A DNA stretch of 64,000 nt from Isoptericola halotolerans (lineage in GTDB: Bacteria > Actinomycetota > Actinomycetes > Actinomycetales > Cellulomonadaceae): assembly GCF_013149785.1 (NCBI RefSeq), contig NZ_JABEZU010000002.1, positions 62,001-126,000 on the forward strand, written 5' to 3'. Shown one piece after another: positions 1-8,881 of the stretch (positions within the stretch are counted from its first letter, which is position 1; each line of letters begins with the position of its first letter). The notes under the pieces are model-generated. The model was given only the letters and a program-made list of their open reading frames with translations. It did no database searches and was not told the DNA's origin. The position numbers and the translations under genes were made by a program.

Positions 1-2
1 AG

Positions 3-371
3 CGTCGCGAGGAGGCCGAGACCCGCAACCAGGCGGAGTCCTTCGCCTACTCGATGGAGAAGCAGATCGCGGACAACCGCGACAAGCTCCCCGCCGACGT
101 CGTCACCGAGGTGGAGGCGGACATCGCCGGCGTCAAGACCGCCCTGGAGGGCGAGGACGCCGACGCCGTGAAGACCGCCTACGAGAAGCTCGGCGCCTCC
201 TCGCAGAAGATCGGTGAGGCCCTGTACTCGGCCGAGCAGGCCGCGGGTGCCGGTGCCGGTGCCGAGGGCGCGGCGGCCGGCGACGCGCCGTCGTCGGAGT
301 CGAAGGACTCCGACGAGGACGTCGTGGACGCCGAGATCGTGGACGACGAGGACGACAAGGACCGCAAGTGA
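3..371 (+). CDS. dnaK: Chaperone DnaK (Hsp70), C-terminal part; 5' end lies outside the window
   Basis: Frame reads RNQAESFAYSMEKQ...KIGEALY and ends in the acidic tail DEDVVDAEIVDDED typical of actinobacterial DnaK; directly upstream of grpE. Confidence 0.95.
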   Translation, partial: RREEAETRNQAESFAYSMEKQIADNRDKLPADVVTEVEADIAGVKTALEGEDADAVKTAYEKLGASSQKIGEALYSAEQAAGAGAGAEGAAAGDAPSSESKDSDEDVVDAEIVDDEDDKDRK

Positions 372-1030
372 CGTCGGACGAGACGCAGGGCACCCCCGAG
401 CAGCCGGAGGACGGCCGCTCGGGGGACGCCCCTTTCCAGTTCAGGGACAAGCGCAAGGTCGACCCCACCTCGGGTGAGAAGCGCCCCGACGCCCCGGCGT
501 CGGACGCTGCCGACGCCGCGCAGGGCGGGGACGACGGCGGAGCGACCGACCCGCTCGAGGCGCTCGACTTCGAGCCCTCGGCCGAGGCGACCGAGGACTC
601 CGAGCTGCTGGCGGCCAAGGCCCAGGCGGCGGAGAACCTCGACGCGCTCCAGCGGGAGCGGGCGAGCTTCACGAACTACCGCAACCGGGCGCTGCGCGAC
701 CAGGAGGCCGCGCGGACCCAGGGTGTCCAGGACGTGCTCGCGGCGCTGCTGCCGATGCTCGACGACGTCGAGCGTGCCAAGCAGCACGCCGAGCTGTCGG
801 GCCCGATGGCCGCCATCGCGGAGAAGCTCGACGCGTCGCTCGCGAAGTTCGGCGTCGAGCGGTTCGGCCGCGTGGGGGAGGAGTTCGACCCCACCGTGCA
901 CGAGGCGCTCATGCACAGCACGGACGCCGAGGCCGAGACCACCACGGTCAACCTGGTGGTCGAGCCCGGCTACCGCATCGGTGACAAGGTGGTCCGCGCC
1001 GCCCGCGTGGGCGTCGTCGGCCCCGAGTGA
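368..1030 (+). CDS. grpE: Nucleotide exchange factor GrpE
   Basis: Motifs ERASFTNYRNR, FDPTVHEA, GYRIGDKVVRAARVGV; GTGA overlap with the dnaK stop. Confidence 0.96.
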   Translation: MTSDETQGTPEQPEDGRSGDAPFQFRDKRKVDPTSGEKRPDAPASDAADAAQGGDDGGATDPLEALDFEPSAEATEDSELLAAKAQAAENLDALQRERASFTNYRNRALRDQEAARTQGVQDVLAALLPMLDDVERAKQHAELSGPMAAIAEKLDASLAKFGVERFGRVGEEFDPTVHEALMHSTDAEAETTTVNLVVEPGYRIGDKVVRAARVGVVGPE

Positions 1031-1032
1031 TG

Positions 1033-1104
1033 GTTGTGGGCGCGATCTCTGGGCTGTGAAACCGCCTCAAGCGGGCATAGCGGGCCAGAGATCGCGCCCA
1101 CAAC
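1033..1104. repeat. Intergenic inverted repeat (20-bp perfect arms) between grpE and dnaJ
   Basis: GTTGTGGGCGCGATCTCTGG (1033-1052) and CCAGAGATCGCGCCCACAAC (1085-1104). Confidence 0.85.
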
Positions 1105-1133
1105 GCCGAAGCAGGTAAGGAGAGAGGGACGTC

Positions 1134-2123
1134 GTGACCGGCCAGGACTGGATCGAGAAGGACTTCTACGCCGCGCTCGGCGTCCCCAAGGACGCCGACC
1201 AGGCGGCCATCAAGAAGGCGTACCGCAAGCTGGCGCGCCAGTACCACCCGGACCAGAACCCGGGCGATGCCGCCGCCGAGTCCCGCTTCAAGGAGATCGG
1301 CGAGGCGTACGCCGTGCTGTCCGACACCGAGCAGCGCCAGCAGTACGACGCGGTGCGCTCGATGGCCGGTGGTGGTGCCCGCTTCAACGCGGGTCCCGGC
1401 GGTGCGGCCGGTGGCTTCGAGGACGTCTTCAGCTCGATGTTCGGCGGGGGAGCGCGGCCCAGCGCAGGTCCGCAGTACCAGCAGTACCCCGGCGGCGGTG
1501 CCGGGTTCGAGGACATCCTCGGCTCGATGTTCGGCGGGGGTGGCCGGCCCGCCGGCTTCGGGGGCCCGCAGCAGCGCAAGGGGGCTGACGTCGAGACCCG
1601 CGCCACGCTCCCGTTCCGCGCCGCGGTCGAGGGCACCACGGTCGAGCTGACCGTCGACGGCAAGAAGATCACCGCGCGCATCCCCGCCGGCGTGCACGAC
1701 GGCCAGAAGATCCGGCTGCGTGGCAAGGGACGGCCCGGTCAGGCCGGTGGCCCGGCTGGCGACCTGCTCATCGCCGTGCACGTCACCGAGCACCCCGTGT
1801 TCTCGATCGACGGCGCCGACCTGCGGATGACTCTGCCGGTGACCTTCGCGGAGGCCACGCTGGGCACGACGGTCGAGGTGCCGACGCTCTCCGGCGACCC
1901 GGTGCGCCTCAAGGTCCCGTCCGGGACGCCGTCGGGCCGGGTGCTGCGCGTCAAGGGCCGTGGTGTGGCGACGGCGAAGCGCACCGGCGACCTCAAGGTC
2001 ACGGTGCAGGTCGTGGTCCCGCAGAAGCTGAGCCGCGCCGCGAAGAAGGCCCTGGAGGACTTCGCCGCGCAGGCCGACGGCGAGGACGTGCGCGCGGAGC
2101 TGGCGGCCCAGGCCGCACAGTAG
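1134..2123 (+). CDS. dnaJ: DnaJ-family co-chaperone (J domain, G/F region, C-terminal domain; no CxxCxGxG zinc fingers)
   Basis: KDFYAALGV...YHPD J-domain motif, G/F-rich linker, DnaJ_C; position in the dnaK operon. Confidence 0.93.
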   Translation: MTGQDWIEKDFYAALGVPKDADQAAIKKAYRKLARQYHPDQNPGDAAAESRFKEIGEAYAVLSDTEQRQQYDAVRSMAGGGARFNAGPGGAAGGFEDVFSSMFGGGARPSAGPQYQQYPGGGAGFEDILGSMFGGGGRPAGFGGPQQRKGADVETRATLPFRAAVEGTTVELTVDGKKITARIPAGVHDGQKIRLRGKGRPGQAGGPAGDLLIAVHVTEHPVFSIDGADLRMTLPVTFAEATLGTTVEVPTLSGDPVRLKVPSGTPSGRVLRVKGRGVATAKRTGDLKVTVQVVVPQKLSRAAKKALEDFAAQADGEDVRAELAAQAAQ

Positions 2124-2164
2124 GGTCGGGAGCAGGACCCGGTCGAGGAGCGAAGGAGGTCGCC

Positions 2165-2617
2165 ATGGTCACGGACGACGCACCCGTGCTCACGGTGTCG
2201 CAGGCGGCGCAGCTCACGGGCATGCATCCGCAGACGCTGCGCCAGTACGACCGTCTCGGCCTCGTCGTCCCGCGCCGCACCCGGGGCCGCGGACGGCGGT
2301 ACTCCCGCCGGGACGTCGCCCGCCTGCTCGAGGTCCAGCACCTGGCGCAGGACGAGGGCATCAACCTCGCAGGGGTCAAGCGCATCCTCGACCTCGAGCA
2401 GCACGTCTCGGTGCTGGAGCACCGGTTGCACGAGCTCGCGAGCCTGCTCGCCGAGCGTGAGCGAGCCGACGGTCGCGTCTTCGCGGCCGGGACCGGCGGT
2501 GACGTCGTGGCGGTGCCGCGCGGGCAGCGGGTCCGCCGGACGGAGCTGTACGTCGAGTCGCGTCGCGAGCAGGGCGGTGCGCTCGTGCTCTGGCGCCCGA
2601 CGCCGCACCGCGACTGA
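2165..2617 (+). CDS. hspR: Heat-shock repressor HspR (MerR family)
   Basis: MHPQTLRQYDRLGL and EGINLAGVKRIL; last gene of the dnaK operon; AAGGAGG RBS. Confidence 0.94.
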   Translation: MVTDDAPVLTVSQAAQLTGMHPQTLRQYDRLGLVVPRRTRGRGRRYSRRDVARLLEVQHLAQDEGINLAGVKRILDLEQHVSVLEHRLHELASLLAERERADGRVFAAGTGGDVVAVPRGQRVRRTELYVESRREQGGALVLWRPTPHRD

Positions 2618-2796
2618 GCCGGTCCGTCGCCACAGCTCCGGGTCAATTTCCGTCAGGTCATTCTTTCGTTAATAGATTTCCTTCGGGAAGGCTTTCCTCA
2701 CTTCGCAAGGAATGGTGCTCCTTCCTGTGCAGGAATCGAATTCGCGCCTATGATCGAGATATCGGCGACGACGAGACCTGACGTGAGGAGCGCACC

Positions 2797-3105
2797 ATGA
2801 CCACCCTGATGGAGATGCCCGAGGTCACCAGCTGCACCGTGGACGGCTGCAGCTACAACCACGACCACGACTGCCACGCCGGGGCGGTGACGATCGCCGG
2901 CGTGCCCGGCGACGCCTCCTGCGCCACCTTCATCCCGCTCAGCACCAAGGGCGGGCTCGACAAGGTCGTCGCGCACGTCGGTGCGTGCCAGCGCACCGAG
3001 TGCGTCCACAACGAGGACCTCGAGTGCGGGGCGCAGGCGATCCGCGTCGGCGCCGGTCCGCAGGACCCGAGCCACGCCGACTGCCTCACCTTCGACGCGC
3101 GCTGA
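2797..3105 (+). CDS. DUF1540-like small Cys-rich protein
   Basis: Two repeats of C-x4-C-x-[YH]-N-x4-C-x-A...C-x-TF; GAGGAG RBS; TATGAT -10 at 2749-2754. Confidence 0.8.
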   Translation: MTTLMEMPEVTSCTVDGCSYNHDHDCHAGAVTIAGVPGDASCATFIPLSTKGGLDKVVAHVGACQRTECVHNEDLECGAQAIRVGAGPQDPSHADCLTFDAR

Positions 3106-3134
3106 CCCGCGTCCCCCGTCACAGGCCGCAGCGC

Positions 3135-3164
3135 AGGACCCCGGACCTCCTGGTCCGGGGTCCT
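3135..3164. terminator. Hairpin between convergent genes, probable terminator
   Basis: AGGACCCCGGACC-tcct-GGTCCGGGGTCCT. Confidence 0.7.
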
Positions 3165-3192
3165 CGTGCGTCCGGGCGTGGTGTCGCGCCGC

Positions 3193-3951
3193 TCAGCGGC
3201 GCAGGTGCTTGATCAGGTCGAGGGCGGACTCGTGCGTCTCCGGGAGCCGCTCCACCCAGACCCGCACCGGGCGGCGCAGGCTCTCCGAGACGCCCAGCAC
3301 CTCGGCGTTGCGCTCCACGATGATGCGGACCGACTGTGCGAGCCGGGTCGTCTCGGTGCCGCGCTCGCAGAGCACCGCGAACACGCCGTCGCTCAGCGCC
3401 GCCATCGGGTGGCCGGGTCCGAACACCTGGTCCAGGGTGTTGCCGACCGATGCCGCCCGCGCCATGCGCTGCCACGCCCCGAGCGAGTCCACCGCGACGT
3501 CGAGCACAACCAGGCAGTGGGTGCCGGGCACGCCCTCGTCGTCGGTCGCGCGGCCGTACGTCTCACGGAGCCGTTCGCCGAGGTAGTCCGCCGTCGGGAG
3601 CCCGGTCGCCGGATCCCGGACCCCGGTCGGTGCGGGGTCGCGTTCGCGGACCTGTACCCAGCCTTGCGCGGCGCCGCGCACGGCGTCGACGTCGAGAGGT
3701 TCCCCCAGGGAGCGGTACAGGCACGCGAGGTCGTCCAGCGTCTCGTCCAGGCCGATGCCCGCAGCGCTGCGGGCCGTGCCCAGCCGGTGTGATGCCATCT
3801 CGGGGGAGCGTCCGGCCACGAGGGCCTCGACGAGGGCGTCCACGGCGGGGTGGTACCAGTCGCCAGGACGCAGCCACACCTCGGTCAGGCTGGCCGTGCG
3901 CCAGCGCTCACGGGTGTCGGCGGCGGGTGCGCCGCTGGTGGGGATGCTCAT
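3193..3951 (-). CDS. Helical sensor-like domain plus degenerate GGDEF-like domain (start may be 3951 or 3981)
   Basis: RDPATGLPTADYLGERL resembles DxLTGLxNR; LVVLDV strand; AALSDGVFAVL in place of ARLGGDEFAVL. Confidence 0.6.
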   Translation of the reverse strand: MSIPTSGAPAADTRERWRTASLTEVWLRPGDWYHPAVDALVEALVAGRSPEMASHRLGTARSAAGIGLDETLDDLACLYRSLGEPLDVDAVRGAAQGWVQVRERDPAPTGVRDPATGLPTADYLGERLRETYGRATDDEGVPGTHCLVVLDVAVDSLGAWQRMARAASVGNTLDQVFGPGHPMAALSDGVFAVLCERGTETTRLAQSVRIIVERNAEVLGVSESLRRPVRVWVERLPETHESALDLIKHLRR

Positions 3952-4098
3952 GGTGGTGGGAGTTCCATAGGCCTCCATCATGACGCAGTTTCGCCGGACC
4001 GGTGCGGGTGAATCCGGTCACGAGCGGTTCACCCTCCGTTCGCCCTGTCCCGGGCCGCAGTTCAGGCGTAAAGTGGCCGCGTCTGCGTCGGCCTCGGT

Positions 4099-7000
4099 GT
4101 GGACGCTCGCGGGGGTGGGGACGAAGAAGCGGATGGCGACGTGACCGACGTCTACGTGGGTTCGGACGGGACAGCTCCCAGCGACGGCGAGCTGATCCTC
4201 GAGGTGCGCGGCGGGAGCCTCGACGCCTACGGCGCCCTCTACGAACGGCACGCCGCGGCCGCCCAGCTCCTGGCCCGCCAGTACGTCACGACGGTCAGCG
4301 ACGCCGACGACGTCGTCTCCGACGCGTTCCACCGCGTGCTCGGTGTGCTCCAGAAGGGCGACGGGCCCGACACCCACTTCCGGGCCTACCTGTTCACGGT
4401 CGTGCGCCGCCTCGCCGCCGACGCGTCGCGCCGTGCCCGGCGCACCCGGCCGACGGCGGACGACGGGACGTTCGAGTCGGCGCTCGGGTCGTCGGCCTCT
4501 CCCGAGGACCCGACGCTCGCGGGGTTCGAGAACACCGTCGTCGCGCGCGCCTACCAGCTGCTGCCCGAACGGTGGCAGGCGGTCCTCTGGTACACCGAGA
4601 TCGAGCAGATGTCCCCCGCGCAGGTCGCGCCGATCCTCGGGCTCACCCCCAACGGCGTCTCCGCGCTCGCCTACCGGGCCCGCGAAGGCCTGCGTGCCGG
4701 GTACCTGCAGCAGCACCTCACCGCGGAGCCTGCCGACTCCTGCCGTGCCGTCAACTCCCTGCTCGGCAGCTACGTCCGAGGGAGCCTGTCGCGCCGCGAG
4801 GTCATCCAGGTGGACGGCCACCTCGACGGGTGCGGCGACTGCCGCGCTCTCGTGCTCGAGCTGGCCGACGTGGCCCACGGGATGCGCGCCGTCATCGCGC
4901 CGTTGGTGGTCGGCCTGGCAGGGTTGGTCGTGCTGGGGTCGCTGCCGCTCGGACTCGGCGCCGGTGGTGTGGCCGCGGGCGCTGCGGCCGGGACCGCAGG
5001 AGCAGCGTCGGGCTCGGTCGGTGCCGCGAGCTCGGGGCTGGGTGCCGGTGCGGGCGCGGCCACCGGGACCGCCGGTACGGCGAGCGGTGCCGCTGTGGGG
5101 AGCGGTGCTGGGGCGGCGACGGCCGCCACCACCGCGACGGCCACGGCGACCGCCACCACCACGACCACCGCGGTCGCCGCGACGACGGCCGGGATCTCCG
5201 GGGCGACCGTGGCGGCCTCGACCGGCGCCGTGGCCGTCGCGACCGTCGGCGTCGTCAGCGTCCTGGGAGCCCTGGGCGGGGGCGAGGAACCCCCGCTCGT
5301 GCCGGACGAGCCGCCCTACGCGGTCGCGAGCGAGCCGTGGCCTTCCGACGGTGAGGCGCTGCCCGACGACGAGCCCCTGCCGGACGACGAGGCGCTGCCC
5401 GAGCCTGCTCCCGAACCGAGCGACGTCCCCGGGGCCGACCCCAGCAACGTGCCGCCGTTCCTGCAGGACGCCGGGCTCCTCCCTGCCGAGGTCCTGGAGC
5501 CCGCTCAGGTGTCCGTGGCGGTCGTGGACCCGGGTCTCGGGCTGGAGCCCCGCGTCACCGAGAACCTCACGCTGCACGTCCAGAACCCGGGCGAGGCCGA
5601 GGCCCCGGGGTCCTACCTGCGGCTCGTCCTCCCCGAGGGGATGCGGTCCGTGAACGCCTTCTCGTCAGCCGGTGCCTCGGTGGCGAGCAACCTGACGTCC
5701 GGGCCGCTCCCGTGCACCCCGACCGACGTACCGCAAGAGGTCGTGTGCTCGCTCGGGACGCTCGCGGCCGGTGAGTCGCGCACGCTGTCCGTCCCGCTCG
5801 TCGTGCGCTCCGGCGGTTCGTACGCGGTCACCGCGCACACCTGGGCCGACGGTGTGGCACCGCAGAGTGTCGCCCTCGCGCCGGTCCGGGTCGCGAACTT
5901 CGGGCCGGAGCTCACCGCGCGGGCCGCGGGGACCGCGACCGTGGCGAACCCCGGCCTCACCGAGGTCGCCTTCACCGTGGAGAACAGCGGTGACGAGCCG
6001 GTCGACGCCGGGTGGACGGCAAGGGTCAGGGTGCCCGCCGGGCTCGTGCCGCGCGCCGTCGACGGCGGCCTCGCCTGCGAGACGCTCGGCACACCGGCCG
6101 ACGACGGCGCTGTCGGCTGGTCGTGCACGGGTGGGGCGCTCGCTCCCGGTGAGTCCACCTCCGGGCGGGTGACCGTCCTCGCCGACGGCACCACGGCGCC
6201 CGGCGCCTACGACGTGCGCGTCGTGCCCGTGCTGCCCGACGACCGACCCACCGTGCGTGCGGTCACGGTCGTCAGCGCGCCGCGGGCGTGGGAGGGCGCC
6301 AGCGGCGGGGCCGGGGCCATCCAGGCGACCTGCCTCGCGACCGGTGGCGTGTCCACGGCCGACGCCGCCGTGGTGGCCACGTACACCAACCGCACCGGTC
6401 AGACGGTGGGGATGGAGCTCGACGTCGCCGGGACGAAGCTGGCCTCCAGCAGCCTGCTCGCACCGGGGGAGTCGGTCACCCTCACCGCCCACGACGGGAT
6501 CAGGGTCCCTGCCGGTGCCGGCAGCTGGACGCTCTCGACCGTGGTCGGTGGCGAGACGTACACCCGGACGGTCGACGCCGGGGCGCACGGCGCCGCCGAG
6601 TGCTACGACCCGAGCTGGGACGTGCGGACCACCACCGCCGTGCTCAACGACGGCGGCAAGGTGCGGGTGGAGGGCGCGATCACCAACCTGACCAGCGAGC
6701 CCATGCAGGCGTCGATGACGGTCGCGGGTGGACGCACCGACGCGGTGCGGCTCGGCGCCGGCGAGACCGTCACCCTGGGCCGCACCACCGACCGGACCAG
6801 CCTCCCCGCCGGCACCGCGACCTTCTCCCTGTACCGGTGGGTGACCGACGCCGACGGCGACCAGCCGAGCACCGGCGTCGTCCCTGCCAAGGCCCCGACC
6901 GCCGAGCACGGTGCCGCGACGATCGCACCGCGGGCCGGTGCTGCCGAAGCGGTGGCCTCCTGCACCTACGACGCCGCGGCCGAGACCTCGTGGCGGACCT

Positions 7001-8106
7001 TCGCCGTCCCGGTCGACAACACGCGGTCGACGCTCCCGGTCGTCTTCGTGGCGCGGGCCGGTGACAGCACGAAGCAGCTCCGCGTGCCGGCCGGCGAGCA
7101 GGGCACGATCGAGATGCGCGTCGCCTGGGGCACCAGGACCGGGACGGTCACAGCCGACGGCGCCCACCTGCGTGACCTGGACGTCGGCTTCGCGAGCTGT
7201 GCCGAGAGCCCGCCGTGGCCCGACGGCGTCGTCGTCGGCGCCGAGGCCCGCTGCGACGCCGGCAACGCCCAGGTCGTCGTCGACGTCGCGGGCGGGGACC
7301 GCCGCTCCTGGACCGCCACGCTCCTGCGCCACGGCGCGACCGTCGAGTCGCGCAGGCTCGACGCCGGTGGCACGGTCCGGTTCGTGGTCGACACCGGGTC
7401 GTGGCGGACGCGAGCGGGAACCGTCACCGTCATGCTCGAGCGCACGGTCGAGGGCAACACGTTCGCCGTCGAGCGCACCGTGGAGCACGACGCGGTGCGC
7501 TGCATCGTGCGCGACCCGCGGGCGCGACTGGACCCGGGCGCCGTCCAGATGGACCGCTACGGCGACTACGCGACGTCGTGGCGGGAGGTCGGCGTCGTGC
7601 TCGACAACACCGGGTCGACCGTGCGTACCCGGTTCCACGTGACCGGCCCCCACGGCGTCGACGAGACGGTCACCGTCCCGGCGGGTGCCGAGCGGACGAT
7701 CGCCCCCCGGCGGGTCGACGGTCGCCAGGGTGGCGCCTGGACCGTGTCGTCACGGGACTGGTCGACACGGCTCGAGACCGGGACCTTCACCGCCGCCGAG
7801 GCCGGTTGGTGCGGTGAACGCGTGGCGTGGGGCGAGAAGTACTCCGAGGGCGACGTCCGGTCCTGGAACGGGAAGGCCTACCGCTACCTCGGCTGGGACG
7901 GCACCCGCCCCGGCGGTGAGCCCGGCGAGAGCCGTGAGCGTGGCGACGGCGCCGAGCGGGGCAAGAGCGCCGAGCGTGGCAAGAGCACCGAGCGTGGGAA
8001 CGGCGGGAACCGCCCCGGACACTGGTACGACGACGAGCAGTGGCGCGGCGTGTGGATGGGCCAGTGGCACCAGTGGGGCGAGACCGGGCTCTGCGAGTAC
8101 CGCTGA
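4099..8106 (+). CDS. ECF sigma factor fused to a zinc anti-sigma (ZAS) motif, TM segments and a large extracellular Ig-like/CBM-like region (ECF52/53-like architecture)
   Basis: Sigma region 2 (AYGALYERH...DADDVVSDAF...FRAYL), region 4 (LPERWQAVLWY...ALAYRAREGLR), HLDGCGDC ZAS motif, hydrophobic segments, Pro/acidic linker, Cys-containing beta-rich repeats. Confidence 0.85.
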   Translation: MDARGGGDEEADGDVTDVYVGSDGTAPSDGELILEVRGGSLDAYGALYERHAAAAQLLARQYVTTVSDADDVVSDAFHRVLGVLQKGDGPDTHFRAYLFTVVRRLAADASRRARRTRPTADDGTFESALGSSASPEDPTLAGFENTVVARAYQLLPERWQAVLWYTEIEQMSPAQVAPILGLTPNGVSALAYRAREGLRAGYLQQHLTAEPADSCRAVNSLLGSYVRGSLSRREVIQVDGHLDGCGDCRALVLELADVAHGMRAVIAPLVVGLAGLVVLGSLPLGLGAGGVAAGAAAGTAGAASGSVGAASSGLGAGAGAATGTAGTASGAAVGSGAGAATAATTATATATATTTTTAVAATTAGISGATVAASTGAVAVATVGVVSVLGALGGGEEPPLVPDEPPYAVASEPWPSDGEALPDDEPLPDDEALPEPAPEPSDVPGADPSNVPPFLQDAGLLPAEVLEPAQVSVAVVDPGLGLEPRVTENLTLHVQNPGEAEAPGSYLRLVLPEGMRSVNAFSSAGASVASNLTSGPLPCTPTDVPQEVVCSLGTLAAGESRTLSVPLVVRSGGSYAVTAHTWADGVAPQSVALAPVRVANFGPELTARAAGTATVANPGLTEVAFTVENSGDEPVDAGWTARVRVPAGLVPRAVDGGLACETLGTPADDGAVGWSCTGGALAPGESTSGRVTVLADGTTAPGAYDVRVVPVLPDDRPTVRAVTVVSAPRAWEGASGGAGAIQATCLATGGVSTADAAVVATYTNRTGQTVGMELDVAGTKLASSSLLAPGESVTLTAHDGIRVPAGAGSWTLSTVVGGETYTRTVDAGAHGAAECYDPSWDVRTTTAVLNDGGKVRVEGAITNLTSEPMQASMTVAGGRTDAVRLGAGETVTLGRTTDRTSLPAGTATFSLYRWVTDADGDQPSTGVVPAKAPTAEHGAATIAPRAGAAEAVASCTYDAAAETSWRTFAVPVDNTRSTLPVVFVARAGDSTKQLRVPAGEQGTIEMRVAWGTRTGTVTADGAHLRDLDVGFASCAESPPWPDGVVVGAEARCDAGNAQVVVDVAGGDRRSWTATLLRHGATVESRRLDAGGTVRFVVDTGSWRTRAGTVTVMLERTVEGNTFAVERTVEHDAVRCIVRDPRARLDPGAVQMDRYGDYATSWREVGVVLDNTGSTVRTRFHVTGPHGVDETVTVPAGAERTIAPRRVDGRQGGAWTVSSRDWSTRLETGTFTAAEAGWCGERVAWGEKYSEGDVRSWNGKAYRYLGWDGTRPGGEPGESRERGDGAERGKSAERGKSTERGNGGNRPGHWYDDEQWRGVWMGQWHQWGETGLCEYR
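7933..8004 (+). repeat. Four imperfect 18-bp in-frame tandem repeats (ERGKSA-like) in the sigma-fusion C-terminus
   Basis: CGTGAGCGTGGCGACGGC / GCCGAGCGGGGCAAGAGC / GCCGAGCGTGGCAAGAGC / ACCGAGCGTGGGAACGGC. Confidence 0.75.
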
Positions 8107-8142
8107 CGCGCTGTCGTCAGGCTGCGAACCGGCGGCGCCGCG

Positions 8143-8778
8143 TCAGACGATGCCGTAGAGGCGGTCCCCGGCGTCGCCGAGACCCGGCACGATGTACTTC
8201 TTCTCGTTGAGCCGCTCGTCCACCGCTGCCACGACGACCTGCACGTCGACCCGGTCGCCGACCGCTTCCTGCACCACCTGCAGGCCCTCCGGCGCGGCCA
8301 GCAGGCACACCGCCGTGACGTCCCGGGCCCCACGCTCCAGCACGTAGTCGATCGCCGCGACCAGCGTGGCGCCCGTGGCCAGCATCGGGTCGAGGAGGAA
8401 GACCTGGCGGTCGGTGAGGTCGTCGGGCAGGCGGTTGGCGTAGGTGACGGCCTCGAAGGTCTCCTCGTCGCGCTGCAGCCCGAGGAACCCGACCTCCGCG
8501 GTCGGGAGCAGGCGGGTCATGCCGTCGAGCATGCCGAGGCCCGCGCGCAGGATCGGGATGACGATGGGGCTCGGGTCGCTCAGCGCGACACCCGTCGTGG
8601 TCGTCACCGGGGTCCGGACCTCCCGGGTCGTCGTGCGCACGTGGCGGGTCGCCTCGTAGGCGAGCAGCGTGACGAGCTCGTCGACGAGGAGCCGGAAGAT
8701 GGGTGACGGCGTCGACTCGTCCCGCAGGACGCTGAGCTTGTGGGCGACCAGCGGGTGGTCGGTGACGTGCAGGCGCAT
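8143..8778 (-). CDS. upp: Uracil phosphoribosyltransferase
   Basis: [52 protein letters not shown] -10 just upstream of the ATG (leaderless). Confidence 0.96.
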   Translation of the reverse strand: MRLHVTDHPLVAHKLSVLRDESTPSPIFRLLVDELVTLLAYEATRHVRTTTREVRTPVTTTTGVALSDPSPIVIPILRAGLGMLDGMTRLLPTAEVGFLGLQRDEETFEAVTYANRLPDDLTDRQVFLLDPMLATGATLVAAIDYVLERGARDVTAVCLLAAPEGLQVVQEAVGDRVDVQVVVAAVDERLNEKKYIVPGLGDAGDRLYGIV

Positions 8779-8815
8779 GGTCACACCGTACCGGGGTGAC
8801 CGGGGCCGGGGACGC

Positions 8816-8852
8816 CGAAGGGCCCGGCCGGTGCTCCCGGCCGGGCCCTTCG
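8816..8852 (-). terminator. Terminator hairpin after the surface-protein gene
   Basis: CGAAGGGCCCGGCCGG-tgctc-CCGGCCGGGCCCTTCG, 16-bp perfect stem. Confidence 0.75.
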
Positions 8853-8881
8853 TGTCAGGGGATCATCCCTGAGTCAGCTGG

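Noticed and set aside
4960..5260. Low-complexity GCN/ACN tract as a repeat element
   Set aside because: Simply encodes the Ala/Gly/Thr linker of the sigma fusion
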